Below the pieces are notes generated by a model. The model was not told where the DNA came from. It made no database searches and saw only the letters and a list, made by a program, of their open reading frames with translations. The position numbers were made by a program, and so were the translations under genes. A DNA stretch of 64,000 bases from a virus. Taxonomy: Duplodnaviria > Heunggongvirae > Uroviricota > Caudoviricetes. This document shows positions 44,101 to 57,447 of the stretch, one piece after another. Each line of letters opens with the position of its first letter. The stretch's first letter is position 1. The DNA lies in the IMG/VR virus record IMGVR_UViG_3300033463_000007, positions 1 through 64,000 of that record, one strand, 5' to 3'.

Positions 44101-45414
44101 ATTGCTACTACTTTTGATACCTTTGATGGTAATATGCGTCGTTTAATTCGTATTCAAGATGAAAATACAACAGCTGCACGTCTTGGTATGGAAGCCGCTT
44201 TAAATGAGCTTCTTAATCAAATGTATGAAACATCTGAATATCTTTCTGATATTGCTTCAAGTGTTCGTGGAAGTTTAACTGAAGCTGAAGCTCTTATGGG
44301 AGCTAAAGAAGCTGTTAGCTTTGAATATCAAGTTCAAGAATGACTGGGCTCTCTCTATTCAGTAGGTGTTTCACAAGGTGGTATAAATTCTATTGCTGAA
44401 TCCTTGGGCAAATTAGCTGCTGGTGATATTGAGGGTATTGTTAATGGCGGAGCGGGTAATTTACTTATTATGTCTGCTAATAATGCTAATTTATCAATCT
44501 CTGATATACTAGCAGATGGCCTAGATGCTTCACAAACTAATGACTTACTTACTCAAATGGTTAAGTATATGGAAACATTAGTTGAAGAAGCAAATGGAAA
44601 TAAAGTTGTACAACAGCAATTAGCTAAAGTATTTGGTTTAACTGCTTCAGATTTAAAAGCTGCTACTAATTTAACAGGAACATATAATAATCAAGCTAGC
44701 CTAATAGAAAAATTAACCAAAGATTTGAGCGGCTATGATCAAATGTATAGTAATTTATTTACTATGGCTAATTCAATGTATGACCGCATTAGTATTGGTG
44801 AAATGCTCAATAATATGTGAGCAAATATTCAGTATGGTGCTGCTGCAGGTGAAGCATCTAATCCTGTTTTATATCTTATAAATAAAGCTGCTGACCTACT
44901 TGACAATTTTGCTGGTGGTATTCCTATTCCAAGTATTTCTGTTATGGGTAACTCCGTAGATACTAAATTAAAAGTATCTGATATTATGAAAGCTGCTGCT
45001 ATGGTTGGTGGCTTTACAGAAAGCTTATTCTCAGTAATTGGTGGTTTATTTAGTGGTTCAGATGGTGGTTTTACTGGGCAGGGCTTATTAAGAATGGTTG
45101 GTTTAACAGGTTCCGGTCAAAAGAAAACTGGTACAAGTACCTCTTCAAGTGGTACAGGGACAGTTGTAAATGGTAGCATGGATGATATGACCAGTAGTGC
45201 AACAGCCTCTAACAAAGAAGAACAGGAGAAGCAAAAAGTATCTGCTGCTGAAGAATCCGATGAAGTAGATAATAAGACATTAAATCAGAGTATCTTAAGT
45301 ATTTATAACTTACTTGAAACAGTTATAATTGATGGCGTATTAAAAGTTGATGTTGCAAGTTTAAGCTATAATCCTGTTGAAGCCGCAACTGCTGGAACAA
45401 GTCCGTTTAATTAA
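41167..45414 (+). CDS. Tape measure protein (1415 aa, code 4)
   Basis: Long Ala/Gln/Glu-rich helical ORF after the chaperone; 3 in-frame TGA; ~35-aa periodic repeats at ~42301-42840. Confidence 0.85.
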
Positions 45415-45430
45415 GGAGTGGGCGTTTTAA

Positions 45431-47125
45431 ATGTTTAAGTTTAATAATAATCATATATTTACTGGATATCTTAAACAGCTATTAAATAGTGTAAATTTAC
45501 CTAACTATAAAGTATATACACAAGAACAAGCTAGAATTAAAGAAAGTACCGGTAAAGAAGCTAATACTATTATATCAAGTGTTGATAAGGCTACTTGAGA
45601 TATTCTTACAACAGAAGATATAGATAAAAAAGAAAAAGCTATCTATAGCAGAGCAAAACAAAGACATATTAGATATATTAAAGGGAATCAAATTTGTGAA
45701 TATATTGATGCTGTATATAAAGATAATATTCAAATAGCGCCGGCTCACTGAAATGTTATTGACTATTATTATGAAAATAGAAAAACCTTAAATGGCATAG
45801 ATAACTTAATTATAAAAAATACACTATATGATAATGATACACATGAATATTTAGGCAGATATCTAAGATTTTTACGAGATTATTATAATGTAAATTTAAT
45901 GCCTTTATATAACTGTTTTGGAAATCATTACTGTAATAATTTAAAATTAAGCAACTTACCACAATTTAATTCCTACGATGCTGCATATAAAATTTATATG
46001 TTACCTGTAAAATTTTGTCAACAATATACAATTGCTATTGATTGCCTAGAACCAGTTGAAGTTTTTTGTGGGTTATATGCTACAAATATTATTGAAAATA
46101 CAGCGGCTGCTCAAAATTTACAACTAGCTACGTATCAAAAATTTGTTGATATGCATTTTAATCAGCCAGTATTATATGATAAATTAAAATCAGATGATTT
46201 TATAAATAAATTTTTAAAAATTAATAATACTAGAGAGGGTGAAATTGCAGATAAAGAATCCCAATTAAAATTATTTATTAAATTACCTACAAAAAATGCT
46301 TCTTCTATAACAATATTAGAAGGCGATTATAGAAATTGCCAATTTGGTTGAGTTGGTAAAATTAAAAAAACAAATAATACAACAGTAGCTAATGCAGAAG
46401 AAGGAACTGAAGGCAACGATATCACAACAGAAGAAGATACTACACCTAAAAAATTAACTTGATATCAAAATTATATAGTTACCAATTTTGAAGATAAGCA
46501 ATTATCAGAAACGGGTATTCCACAAATTATATCAGCCGAAAAATTTTCAGCTACAAGAACTTTTAATCCAATAACGCCACTTCAATTATTAAAATATAAC
46601 ACAGGAATAAGTTATCCATTTTCAGATAATTTAATTGCATACTTATTAAATAGTAATATTACACCGCTTGATCCATGTGGAGATAATATTGAACGTGCTC
46701 AGAAAATTGTAAATGGTGCGCCCTCTGCAAGTTTAACAGTTACTACAAAAATATTAAAGCTTGGAGAACCTTATTGAGATCCAGAGGGAGAACCACAAGA
46801 CCCATCAGAATGACCAAAAAAATACTATCTTAAACCATCATCTATTGATCCATATGAATATGAAACCAAAACGGTTACAGCTGCCGGCATAGTTACAAAG
46901 CAAGATGGAATATGAGATAGTCGTATGTCGCCACTATTTTATAATTTTTATCAAAATAATAGAGATTATAGTGAAATAAACTATGATAACTTAGGCTATA
47001 TTGATAAAGAATTAGAAATTAGATATATTGGAACTGTTTGAAATGATGCACATAAAAAACTTGAAGTGTGTTCTATTGCTAAAAGTGATATTTATCCTGA
47101 AATGTACAAAGCTTCTAAACAGTAA
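45431..47125 (+). CDS. Hypothetical tail/baseplate protein (564 aa, code 4)
   Basis: AAGGAG RBS; single frame across 8 TGAs; lies between tape measure and baseplate genes. Confidence 0.75.
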
Positions 47126-47145
47126 TTTTATGGAGAATATAGAAT

Positions 47146-47805
47146 ATGCCAGATCTTATTAGACGAGAACAAGCGGCTTTACGAGATAGCCGCCTTAAAA
47201 AATTTTTAACAAATCCTGTTGTATTACAAGAAAATTATTTATATATTTCACATTTAGGTGAAAAAGTTAGATATTGAAAGTTACCTTGTGTTCCAGACGA
47301 ATTAACAGATAGTATGGGATCTACATTCTCAGAAAGTACAGCGCTTGGACGTTCTGCACCTGTACAAACTTATAGCAGTTCAGGACCACGAACTGTTCAG
47401 ATTGGCTTTAAAATGCATAGAGATATGATGGAAGATGTTAATATGAACTGGAGTAATGCAGAACTTGGTTATGGCGAAGATTATGTTGAAAATTTACTGC
47501 ATGCTTTACAGGCTATAGCATTACCAAATTATGATATATCTAATAAAGCTATAGAACCACCATTGGTTGCTGTACGTTTAACTAATGAAATTTTTATTAA
47601 AGGTATAGTATCGGCTCCTATTGGCGTTACTTATGGAAAGCCTATTTTATCAAATGGTAAATATGCACAAATTTCCCTGGGTATTACTATTACTGAAGTA
47701 GACCCATATGATGCTAATTCTGTATATACAAATGGTTCCTTTAGAGGTATGGTAAATACTATGAAAAAAGTGAACGAACAAGATTTTAGGATGGGAACTT
47801 GATAA
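47146..47805 (+). CDS. Baseplate tube-initiator-like protein (219 aa, code 4)
   Basis: LPCVPDELTDS..F.....LGRSAPVQTYSSSGPRTV, LPNY, PP pattern; ends TGA-TAA. Confidence 0.65.
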
Positions 47806-47808
47806 TAA

Positions 47809-48132
47809 ATGGATATTTTAACACAAAAAATATATGTACAATATAATTACTTAAATAGATATACAGACACGCCATACTATTATAATAGTGTTGATAAAAG
47901 GTATATTTATGGTATTGGATCACAGATGAAAAAAACATCATCATATGTTTTACATAAAGTTGATAGCACAGATACATTAGATAATCTAGCCTTAAAATAC
48001 TATAATAATCCGACTTATTGATGGCTAATTGCATATTTTAATGACATCCAAGATGCTTTTATAGTATTATCTGATTTTTATACAGAATTAAAGATACCCA
48101 ATATGACTAGTATTACCTTTGAGGAGATATAA
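47809..48132 (+). CDS. LysM-like baseplate protein, gp53-like (107 aa, code 4)
   Basis: HKVDSTDTLDNLALKYYNNPTY(W)WLIAYFNDI..LKIP. Confidence 0.8.
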
Positions 48133-49562
48133 TGTATAAATATAATCGATTAAGTCTTGCTTCATCTGAAGCTCGTATACAGGTACCCTGGGTAAAGGTA
48201 ACTTTTAAAAGTAGTACTGGCGATTATACATTTGGTATTTTCACCAATCAAACTAAAGCGGCTTATAAAGATGATAGGGGCGTTTTTTATAAAGATGTTT
48301 ATGGTGTCAGATATCCTAACTATATCCAAAAACTACAGGTTACTAAAATTAATGGTCAAGTAAATCAGTATGTTTTAACTATTAAATATCCAATTACACA
48401 AAATGATGACCCTAACTTCTTTGAAAAAATTTTTAGCAGTGTAAGTACAACCAGAAAAATTATTTTTACATATGGTGATGCTGCTACTCCTGCTTTTGTT
48501 TATAAAGATGAAGAAGCTGTACTTACTACTATTCAACAAAGCTTTGATTTACAAGGCTCTGCAATTACATATACTATAAATGCTATTTCTGGTGCTGCTT
48601 TAAACACACCGGCATGCTTAAGCTTTGGAAAAAGGGTTGCTAAACCAAGTGATGTTATTAAAGAGGTTTTTTGACAATATAATCTTAGATCAATTTTTTC
48701 TGGTATGGATGCTTCTAATTTAAATAAACTAATTGATGGTAGAGATGCTACGGTTGAATTGGAAGCAAAAACAAATATTTCAGCACTTGATTATATTATG
48801 TATTGTGTAAGTTGTATGTATTCATCAAGCAATAGTAATAAAAATGATCCGAAAAGTATTTTTGTATTAACAATACATGATGCATCAAGCTATGATAGTT
48901 TTTATACATATAATGAAAATTTTGGTGATATACGTGGTACTGATAAAGATGGTAATGCAGTAGAAGTTGGTGGTCCATATTTTAAGGTATCTCAAATTAG
49001 TTATAATACTGAAAAAAGTGATGCTTATGAATTAAATATTGGCTATAATACACCAGCTATTGTTACACAATTTAGTTTAGATAATAATGAAAATTATGCG
49101 CTTTATTATGAGCACCAAATGGAATTAGCGCCAGATGAATATGTAAGACGTATTAATAATGATGGCAAGTGGGAAGATGTATATGCTCCAACCTTATCAT
49201 CAAAAAATAAACATTATTTAGCTGAACCAAATGATCAAACATGGTGAACTAAAATTACACAATTTCCAGTTAATGCTACTGTCACAGTCCAGGGTCTTTT
49301 ACGACCAGCACAATTATTAACATATATAAGATTAAATATTATTTTTCCAGGTGGCCATCAGCATATTGGTTCTGGACTTTATATTATTACAAAACAAATT
49401 GATACAATAGATGGAATGGGATATAGAACGCAACTTAATATGACAAAAGTAGGTGGTGCTTTATTGACTAAAACTAGCGGTACTACCCAAAATAGTTCTA
49501 AAACTACAAATAGCCCACAAAATATGAGAAATCGTACATACGTTAGAGCTGAAAATTTTTAA
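48132..49562 (+). CDS. Baseplate hub protein, gp27-like (476 aa, code 4)
   Basis: C-terminal SGLYIITKQIDTIDGMGYRTQL pattern; position before the spike gene. Confidence 0.7.
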
Positions 49563-49577
49563 ATAGGAATATTTAAA

Positions 49578-50375
49578 ATGATAACTAAAGGAATTATAGA
49601 AACAATAGATTTAACTGGTAATACCTGTGCTTTAAGAATTCCACTTTTTGAGACTGCAGGTACCAAAAACAAAATAGTTATGCAGAGTACTTTTTCTGTA
49701 CCACCAGGTGTTTATAATGCCTATAATGTAGGAGATATTGTTTGAGTTGCATTTGAAACAACAGGCGTTAGTGATCCTGTTGTAATAGGAAAATTATATT
49801 TAGGTGCTGCCGCTGAAAAAAATACAACCGGAGGCGCTGGTAATTATACAGATATGGTAGTTAGCAATTCTTTAACTATTCCATCTACCACTAAAATTAT
49901 TTTTGATCCAACAAGTAATACAGTTATAAAAAATAATGAAATTACATTAAATAAATATAATTCTATACAAAATATTATTAAAGCGGTTCAAGCTAATAGC
50001 CAACAAATTTTAGATTTAAAAAATACAGGACATGTATTTTTTAATACAGAAAGCACGGTTGGAACATGACATAATGGTAAAGTACTTTATCAACGCGTTT
50101 TAACATATGCTCCAAGTAATAACAATGATCCTGTTGAAATTAACCTTCCGGAATTACCGGATTTAAATCAAGAAGTAGCTTATGATGAAGCATTTATTGA
50201 TACTAGTCATTCTTATTATTTTGAAAATACTGATACTGTTGCAAATATAGCTACTGGAACTATAAATTTAAACACTAAAAAAATAACAATACCTGCGACA
50301 GTAGGAAAAAATGGAACAATTACTATTCTTTATACAAAAAAATATCCGACATCACAAAATTCAAATGAAAATTAA
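49578..50375 (+). CDS. Baseplate spike gp5/gpV-like OB-fold protein (265 aa, code 4)
   Basis: LRIP...VGDIV(W)VAFE....PVVIG OB-fold signature; C-terminal GT(W)HNGKVLY...LYTK domain. Confidence 0.7.
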
Positions 50376-50388
50376 GATATAAAAAATA

Positions 50389-50436
50389 TTTATTTTAAAG
50401 AGGCTGCTTATTTTTAAGCAGCCTCTTTAAAATAAA
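50389..50436. terminator. Perfect 22-bp-arm inverted repeat / terminator
   Basis: TTTATTTTAAAGAGGCTGCTTA-TTTT-TAAGCAGCCTCTTTAAAATAAA. Confidence 0.75.
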
Positions 50437-50472
50437 CTTATTAAATATTTAATAAAAATATATATAATAATG

Positions 50473-50488
50473 AGCTAAATTATATGAC
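50473..50488 (+). promoter_or_regulatory. Putative late promoter motif (AGCTAAATTATATGAC)
   Basis: Copy immediately before the AAGGAGG RBS of the gp25-like gene. Confidence 0.65.
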
Positions 50489-50503
50489 AAGGAGGTTATA
50501 ACA

Positions 50504-50893
50504 TTGCGTAGTTTAAAATTTCCTAATATGTTTAATAAAAATTCAACCAATGTATGAAAAGAAGAAGAGCATAAACAAGCTACTATGCAAAATTGTCTTA
50601 CTTTGCTACATACAACACGTGGCGAGCTTATAGGAGATCCATATTTTGGATTGTTACTAAAGCATTATTTATTTGAACAAAATACTATAGCACTTGCAGA
50701 TATAATAATTGATATTATATATACACAATTAGCTATTTTTATACCACAATTAAAAATAAATAGAAATAATATTGAAATACTACAAGACCAGGAAATGGGC
50801 AGATTAATTTGTAGTTTTATTGCTCTCGATAAAATTGATTATACTATTAATACCTATCAATTAGTTTTATTTAAATTAGAAAACAATGTTTAA
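50504..50893 (+). CDS. Baseplate wedge/sheath initiator, gp25-like (129 aa, code 4)
   Basis: TTG start; LLHTTRGELIGDPYFG..L..YLFE motif. Confidence 0.85.
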
Positions 50894-50907
50894 GGAGTAC
50901 TATATAA

Positions 50908-53900
50908 ATGATTACTCAAAAAGAAATTGAGTCCACAAAAATCTCTGAAATTTCAAAAGACTATTATCAAATATGAAATGATTTACTAGAAGTATCAAGT
51001 AAAATTTCTGAAAGGTGGGATCCTACATCTACTAATGAGTCTGATCCTGGTATAGTTCTTCTTAAAGTACTAACGGCCTGCTTAGATAAATTAAATTATA
51101 ATGTTGATAAAAATACCTTAGAAGCCTTTATGCCAAGTGCTGCACAAGAGGAATCTATGCGTAAATTATGTGATATGATGGGATATCGCATGAAATATTA
51201 TTTATCTGCTACCGCTAATATTACTGTCTATTTTAAAGGTGATGAATGAAGTGCAGATCCAGATAAAGCAAGTAACCTTATTATTCCTAGGTATACAAAA
51301 TTTACAAATACAGATGGAGATATTGTTTATACATCGATAGAAGATGTCAATATTTCTGATCAAAATCCAGTTGTTAATATTAAATGTATAGAAGGTATAA
51401 TAAAAATTTGTGAAGAAAATACTGGTGGAATTATAAATCTTGAATTAATAGATAGCGCTAATAGATATTATCTACCAACTGAACATATTGCCGAAAATGG
51501 TATTTTTGTATACTCTGCATTGGCAAATGGTACTGCTAATTTAAATAGCAGTTGAGAAAAAGTTGAAAATCTTAATACTGAGGCAAAAGGCGCCCATGTA
51601 TATAAATTTGGATATGATTCAAAAAGATTCATGCCCTATATAGAGTTTCCAGATGATATTGGCGATATTATAGAAAATGGTTTAATTATTCTTTATACAT
51701 TAACTAATGGCTTAAATGGTAATATTTCTGCAAGAACTATTACAAAAATTGATACTACTCCAATTCAATGAAATCTTGAGGATTATGGAGAAAGCTCTTA
51801 TAATACTACAGGAATTTCACATACAGCGGACGAATTTGGGTGCTATAATGCACTGGAGATAGTTAATGGGGCAGATAAAGAAAGTATTACAAATGCATAT
51901 AAAAACTTTAAAAAAACTATTGGTACTTTTAATACTTTAATCACTTGCCGTGATTATATGAATAAAATTTATCAATTAACATACAGAACAAATGATAGTA
52001 TTGAAGCCACAGATATTCCAATGGTTTCTAATATTATTGTTTCAGATATTAGAGATGATATTAATAGAGCCGTTACTATCTGTTCTTTTGAAAGCGGTTC
52101 TGGTATGACTTATATTGATAAACCATTAACTGTTGAAACTACAGCGTCTTTAGAGTATGACTATGGACCAGATGATAATCCACTAGCTGATTATGAAAAT
52201 TTAAATAAAATTTGATTTAAAAACGATAAATATTATATATGTACTGTAACACCAGCTCCAGCTAGCGACTATATATGGGCTGAGCTAATAAATACTACAT
52301 CTAAAAATCTAATAGATCATTTTGATTTAGTATTTTATCCATTTTATACATATAATAATTTCCATACTACTAATGATTATAAAAATTCATTTAGATTTAA
52401 TGAAAATATAATAAATACTATTGCAAATGAAATAAAAGACTATAAAACAATATCTCATAATATACTATCTAAGAATGAAATTGATAGCAATGATATTGTT
52501 TGTATTAAAAACTATCTGAAATTAAATAGCAAAATCACTACTACGGCTAAGGTTACTGATGCTGAATGAAAGTCTATAAAAGAAGATATTATTAAAGCTA
52601 TATATAAAACTTTTAATATGAGACAACTTGACTTCAGTGAAGAAATTCCATATGATGATATTCTAAATACTATTAAGGGGGCAAATCCAAATATTAAAAA
52701 TGTTGTATTAGATGATCCTGACTTATATACTGCTGTAGTAGTAAAAGAATTAGACCTTAATCCGGGCATGAAAAGTTCCGCCGTAAAAAATGTTGAATAT
52801 TTATTTGTACCGGATAATGCTGATGAGGAAATAAAAGCAAAATATACACCAGCTGAAAAAAATTATATTAAAAGCGAGGGCCTAACTGAGGCAGACTATC
52901 TAGAAGAAAAAAAATTAAAAGCAAAGCAGTTTTATAATAAGTTAACTTTACGAAATATTTTAGCAGGACGTATTGAATTTCTAAAATATGATACAAATTT
53001 TGCACAAAAAGTTGATGAAGTAATACCTGATGACGCTTTTATGGATACTGATGCAGCGCCAAATTATGCATCAAATACTACATACGTAGCCGGGGACTAT
53101 GTTACTTATGATAATCAAGTATATCAGGTTCTTAAAAATATAGCAGCAGAAAATAATAATGAATTTTCAGATTTAACTACCCAGCTATATGAGCCTGTTA
53201 TACTCCCAGAATTTAATAACATATTACCTAAATTAGAAATTAGTAATCAAAATGGTTTTACGGTACAAAAAGATATTACATTAACTGAAAATCAATATAT
53301 TCAATTTAGAGCCCCAAATTTAAGAACTATAAAATCATATCCAGCCTATGTAAATTATTATCTGCACTTAAATCAAAGCAGTGAGGGTGATGCTATTCCA
53401 GCAGAAATGCAAACATTGTTTGATTATTTATCTGGGGATAATTTTGCAAAATTTAAAGACTTCCTAAACGACCTTGTTCCTGAACCAGGTAGTATAACAC
53501 CTACACTTTCAGCACCATGAATCACTTGTTCCCCTGAAAACCCTAATAAACAACAAATTTGAACCCAAGGATTAAATAATTACTCTGCTTGATTTTATGT
53601 TACTTCTGATGGCACAAATTATACTTGAAATGCTATTACATCACCTATTATACCATCAGATTCACAAACATATTATCAATATCCAATAAATGCTGAAACT
53701 TTTGGTACCTGAAACGAGTGGCTTAAAACACAAGAAAAGGTGGCTGAAGGAGATAATAAGTATAATGATGCTATTGCTGGTTTATATAAAAATTTAGGAT
53801 ATAATGTAACAAATATTCCTGGCAGGGGCATTGATGAAAATAAAAATAAATATCAGCATCTTATTGCTTGATATCCTGTTAATACTACAAAATTCTTGCA

Positions 53901-56028
53901 GTATTTTTACTTAAGAAAAACAAGTAATAGTGGCAATAATCAAGATGGCCTTGGCAGAGACCAAACAGCGGCTATTATTCCAAAAGATACAGAGTATGCC
54001 TTAAAAGATGGTGAATATTTATGTATTAATTATACAGATGCTAGCAGCACACCTGAAGTTGGAGCTAGTGGAGTAACATTAGCTACATCTAGCTCGGTTG
54101 TAAATATAGTGTATAAAAAAGGCGATTTTATTAAACCTAATTTTGATTTACAAGATTCTACTGCTAAAAATGAAACAGGTTCTAGATGAGCTAAAACAAC
54201 TGGTTTTACTTTTCCAAATACCTATACTATTCCTGGTATGTTTTCATTAGGAACAAGTGAACAAATTGATATTCGTGAAATAGTGCAAGTGTATGTGTAT
54301 GAACCTTCAAATTCATCAAAAAATAGTAATTTACCAATAAATGTTTATTTTAATTTACAAGATGAGCCACAAGATGGTGATTTTTGAATTCCTTTTAATG
54401 GAACTGATGGTAAAGCTGGTAAATATATACTAAAAGAGGGGGAATATTTTTGGTATACAGATGCCAAAAAGACTACTATTACATATATAGGTGCTGGAAC
54501 GGAGATTGAAAATTATACCAGTCAAAGAATTCAAAAAGATGCTAATACAAAACGAATATCGACTGATGAAATTTTAGAGAATGGTCTTGCTGATATTCCG
54601 TGAATTTCACTTGCAGGACTTTTTGTTGCTGATGCTAATAATCCTGGTGGCGAAAATGATAAGTATCTCAAATGAACTGAATATCAAACAGTTACTTTAG
54701 GAGAAGGCGATACAATTAGAACTATTTGTGGGCGTGATAGTACTGCCAGTGGAATTGAACTTAACTTAGATAATGAGTGAAAACCATGTGCAGATGTTAA
54801 TTATACAGTAAAAGATGCTACATCGGAGTCTAAATTACCTGATATTAAACTCGGTGGTGATTGAGGTTGAGAAGTCCGTACTTACCTTGGAATCAGTACA
54901 AGTGCAAATATTGGGCAAACTTTAAAAACTGACTATATAGATGAGCAAAATGACAGGTATTACTCAAAAGAAACTATTAAACTTGAATTAAAAGATGAGG
55001 CTTTACCAAAGCCTGTATATTCAGATTGCATTATTAAAAGTAATTATTTAATTAATTTGCTATGAGATAAAATTCCAAATCAACAGGATTATTATTTAGA
55101 AAATTATTCTGAATTAACTGATAAGGACATTGGTCCACATTTACTTAAAAGATTTGTTAAAAAGGATCTTTACTTAAATGAAGATACAACAGACACCTTA
55201 ACTATAAATAATTTTAGTGGTAATGCTGAATCCAATGCTAAAAATTATACATTAGTATCATTTGAGGATTATGTTTGTACGAAAGAAACATTTAACTCAT
55301 TCTTTACATTAAACTATATAATTACAAATCCTCAAAAAACATATGGTTTAGTTATGTTTTATTATGATACAGAATCTACCAGTATTAATGATTATGCTAT
55401 GATTAAACTAACTGCAAAGAATATTGCAGGTAATGAAGAGGCATATACTCCAAGTATTTTTAATAATGGCACTATTAACAATGAAACTTGATGATCTGGC
55501 GATTATGTTAAAACTCCAGCTGGCTTGAGTGCATTTTATGTACTTAAACCAGGATTAAATATAATTAGACTAAAAAATAATTCTTATTATAGTTATGAAC
55601 TATCTGTTTATCCACCCTATATAAATGATAATGGAATTAAGCCAAAAGAAAATAGGGATGATAATTTATATTTTAGTGATCTATCTATAATAGATAATAG
55701 TGACGAAAATTTGGGCATTGATCAAGATTTAATTCAATATTATGGTGTAGATGATAATGGCCATGGCGAAATACTAACGGGACCACAGCAATTATTTAAA
55801 GATATTAATTTAATGGATCCAAATCATCAATTCTATTATAATTTTATTCCAGAACAAAGTTTACAAATTGATATTAATACAAAGATAAATGAAAATTTAA
55901 AATTATCTAAATTAAATTATGATTATAATAATATTAATAATAAATTTGTAATCTCTGAAATAGATGCTGATTATTTAGACAAGGGTATTATGCTGGCATC
56001 TTCCTCTAGTAAAGGAGATAATAAATAA
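50908..56028 (+). CDS. Baseplate wedge protein, gp6/baseplate J-like, greatly extended (1706 aa, code 4)
   Basis: W....NESDPGIVLL, EAFMPSA.Q..S...L...MGY, TNGLNGNI, NGADKESI, LITCRDY; single frame over about 22 TGAs. Confidence 0.85.
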
Positions 56029-56030
56029 TT

Positions 56031-56774
56031 ATGTTACAAATACAAAATTTAGCTCCACCAGTATATTATAATCATTCTCGGGATTTTCAATTAATAGGTC
56101 ATTTGTATGAATTAATATTAAACTCTGCAAAAACTAATTCAGAAATATTATATAATTTACCCTTTAATGAAAATATAGATACAAAATTATTAGACCTGGT
56201 TACTAGTACTCTTGGATTTAAATCTCTACATAATTATAATATTCAAGCACTGGTTGCTGCTTGTACCACATTTACTGAGCTATTAAGAAATAAAGGCACT
56301 GAGCAAGGTATGGACCTTTTAGTCACTACTTTAGTTGCGGCAGAAGGACTGGATACTAGAACAGATATTTCTCATATAATAGAAGGTAATATAGTTACTA
56401 TTTTTGTTCCATTAGAATTTAGATCTATAGCCTTGCTCAGAGATTTATTAGACTATATTTTACCAGCAGGTATGTCTTATAAAGTTAATAGGCATGTAAA
56501 TATACAAAAGAATCAAAAAACTACAATTATCTCTAAAGATAGATTACTAGTTGCAAAAGTACCAAACATAGACCCTGCAAACTATCTTATTCCGGATACT
56601 TTATTATCTGTTATTACAGATAATCCTGGTAGCTGAGATGATACTGTTGATGATTTACGTACTATGCAAGGTAAACTTTATAATAGTACAATTGCAAGTG
56701 CTGAACGTCCAATGTCTGACAATACTATTTCATGAATAGTAGACAATAATGAAAATGAAGAAAATAATGATTAA
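56031..56774 (+). CDS. Baseplate wedge protein, gp7/P2 gpI-like (247 aa, code 4)
   Basis: LLDL...LGF, LRNKGT..G, ILPAGM.Y. Confidence 0.7.
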
Positions 56775-56804
56775 GCTTTAAAGTTTAATTAGGAGATGCT
56801 TTAA

Positions 56805-57434
56805 ATGAAAAATAAAAAAATACAATCAAAAGTATCAACAGGCTGTATTCAATATGAGGGAATTGTAACGGCCACTATTAAAACACATGGCCAAATAATT
56901 TTAACTAAAAAATTTAAGAATCATGGAAATCTTCCGCTATTTAATTTCCTAAGCCAGTGCCTATTAAATGCTAAACCCAGTGCAGGGGATGCCCCATGAT
57001 ATCTTAGATTATTTACTTTTGAGGGCGAAGCACCAACTCCGTCTGCAAGTGCAGCTATAGTACCAGGTACTTCAGTACCAATTATAAGTGCAACATATTT
57101 TGCAACAGCACAATTACTAAATTCCAATGAAGTAGAAGCTAGCACAAGTCAAGTAAGTGGCGTAAAATTTATATTTAATATTCCAGCAGCTCTTGCTGTA
57201 AATGCCTTTAGTAATGGTGCTTCAAATATTACTGTATATCAAGCCGCCTTATATAGTCAAAATAATAGTCCTAGAGATAGTTTAGAGAACTATAGTACTG
57301 TATATAATTTTCTAACTGCAGGTGGTGAGTGAGATCATTCATTTAGAATAAATAAAGCAGACTTAGCTGATACTAATATTTATATTGAATGAGATTTAGT
57401 ATTTAAAAATGAAGAAAATGTTAATCAAAATTAA
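56805..57434 (+). CDS. Hypothetical baseplate/fibre-attachment protein (209 aa, code 4)
   Basis: AGGAG RBS; 3 in-frame TGA; C-terminal IYIE(W)DLVF. Confidence 0.7.
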
Positions 57435-57447
57435 GGAGATTATATAA

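Noticed and set aside
46680-47020. Degenerate peptidoglycan-binding-like pattern (DNIERAQK...DGIWD) in the 564-aa protein
   Set aside because: Similarity is too weak and interrupted to call without an HMM search.
50389-50436. 22-bp inverted repeat as a transposon end or origin
   Set aside because: No transposase or partner repeat; its position after a stop codon and before the promoter motif matches the other terminators.
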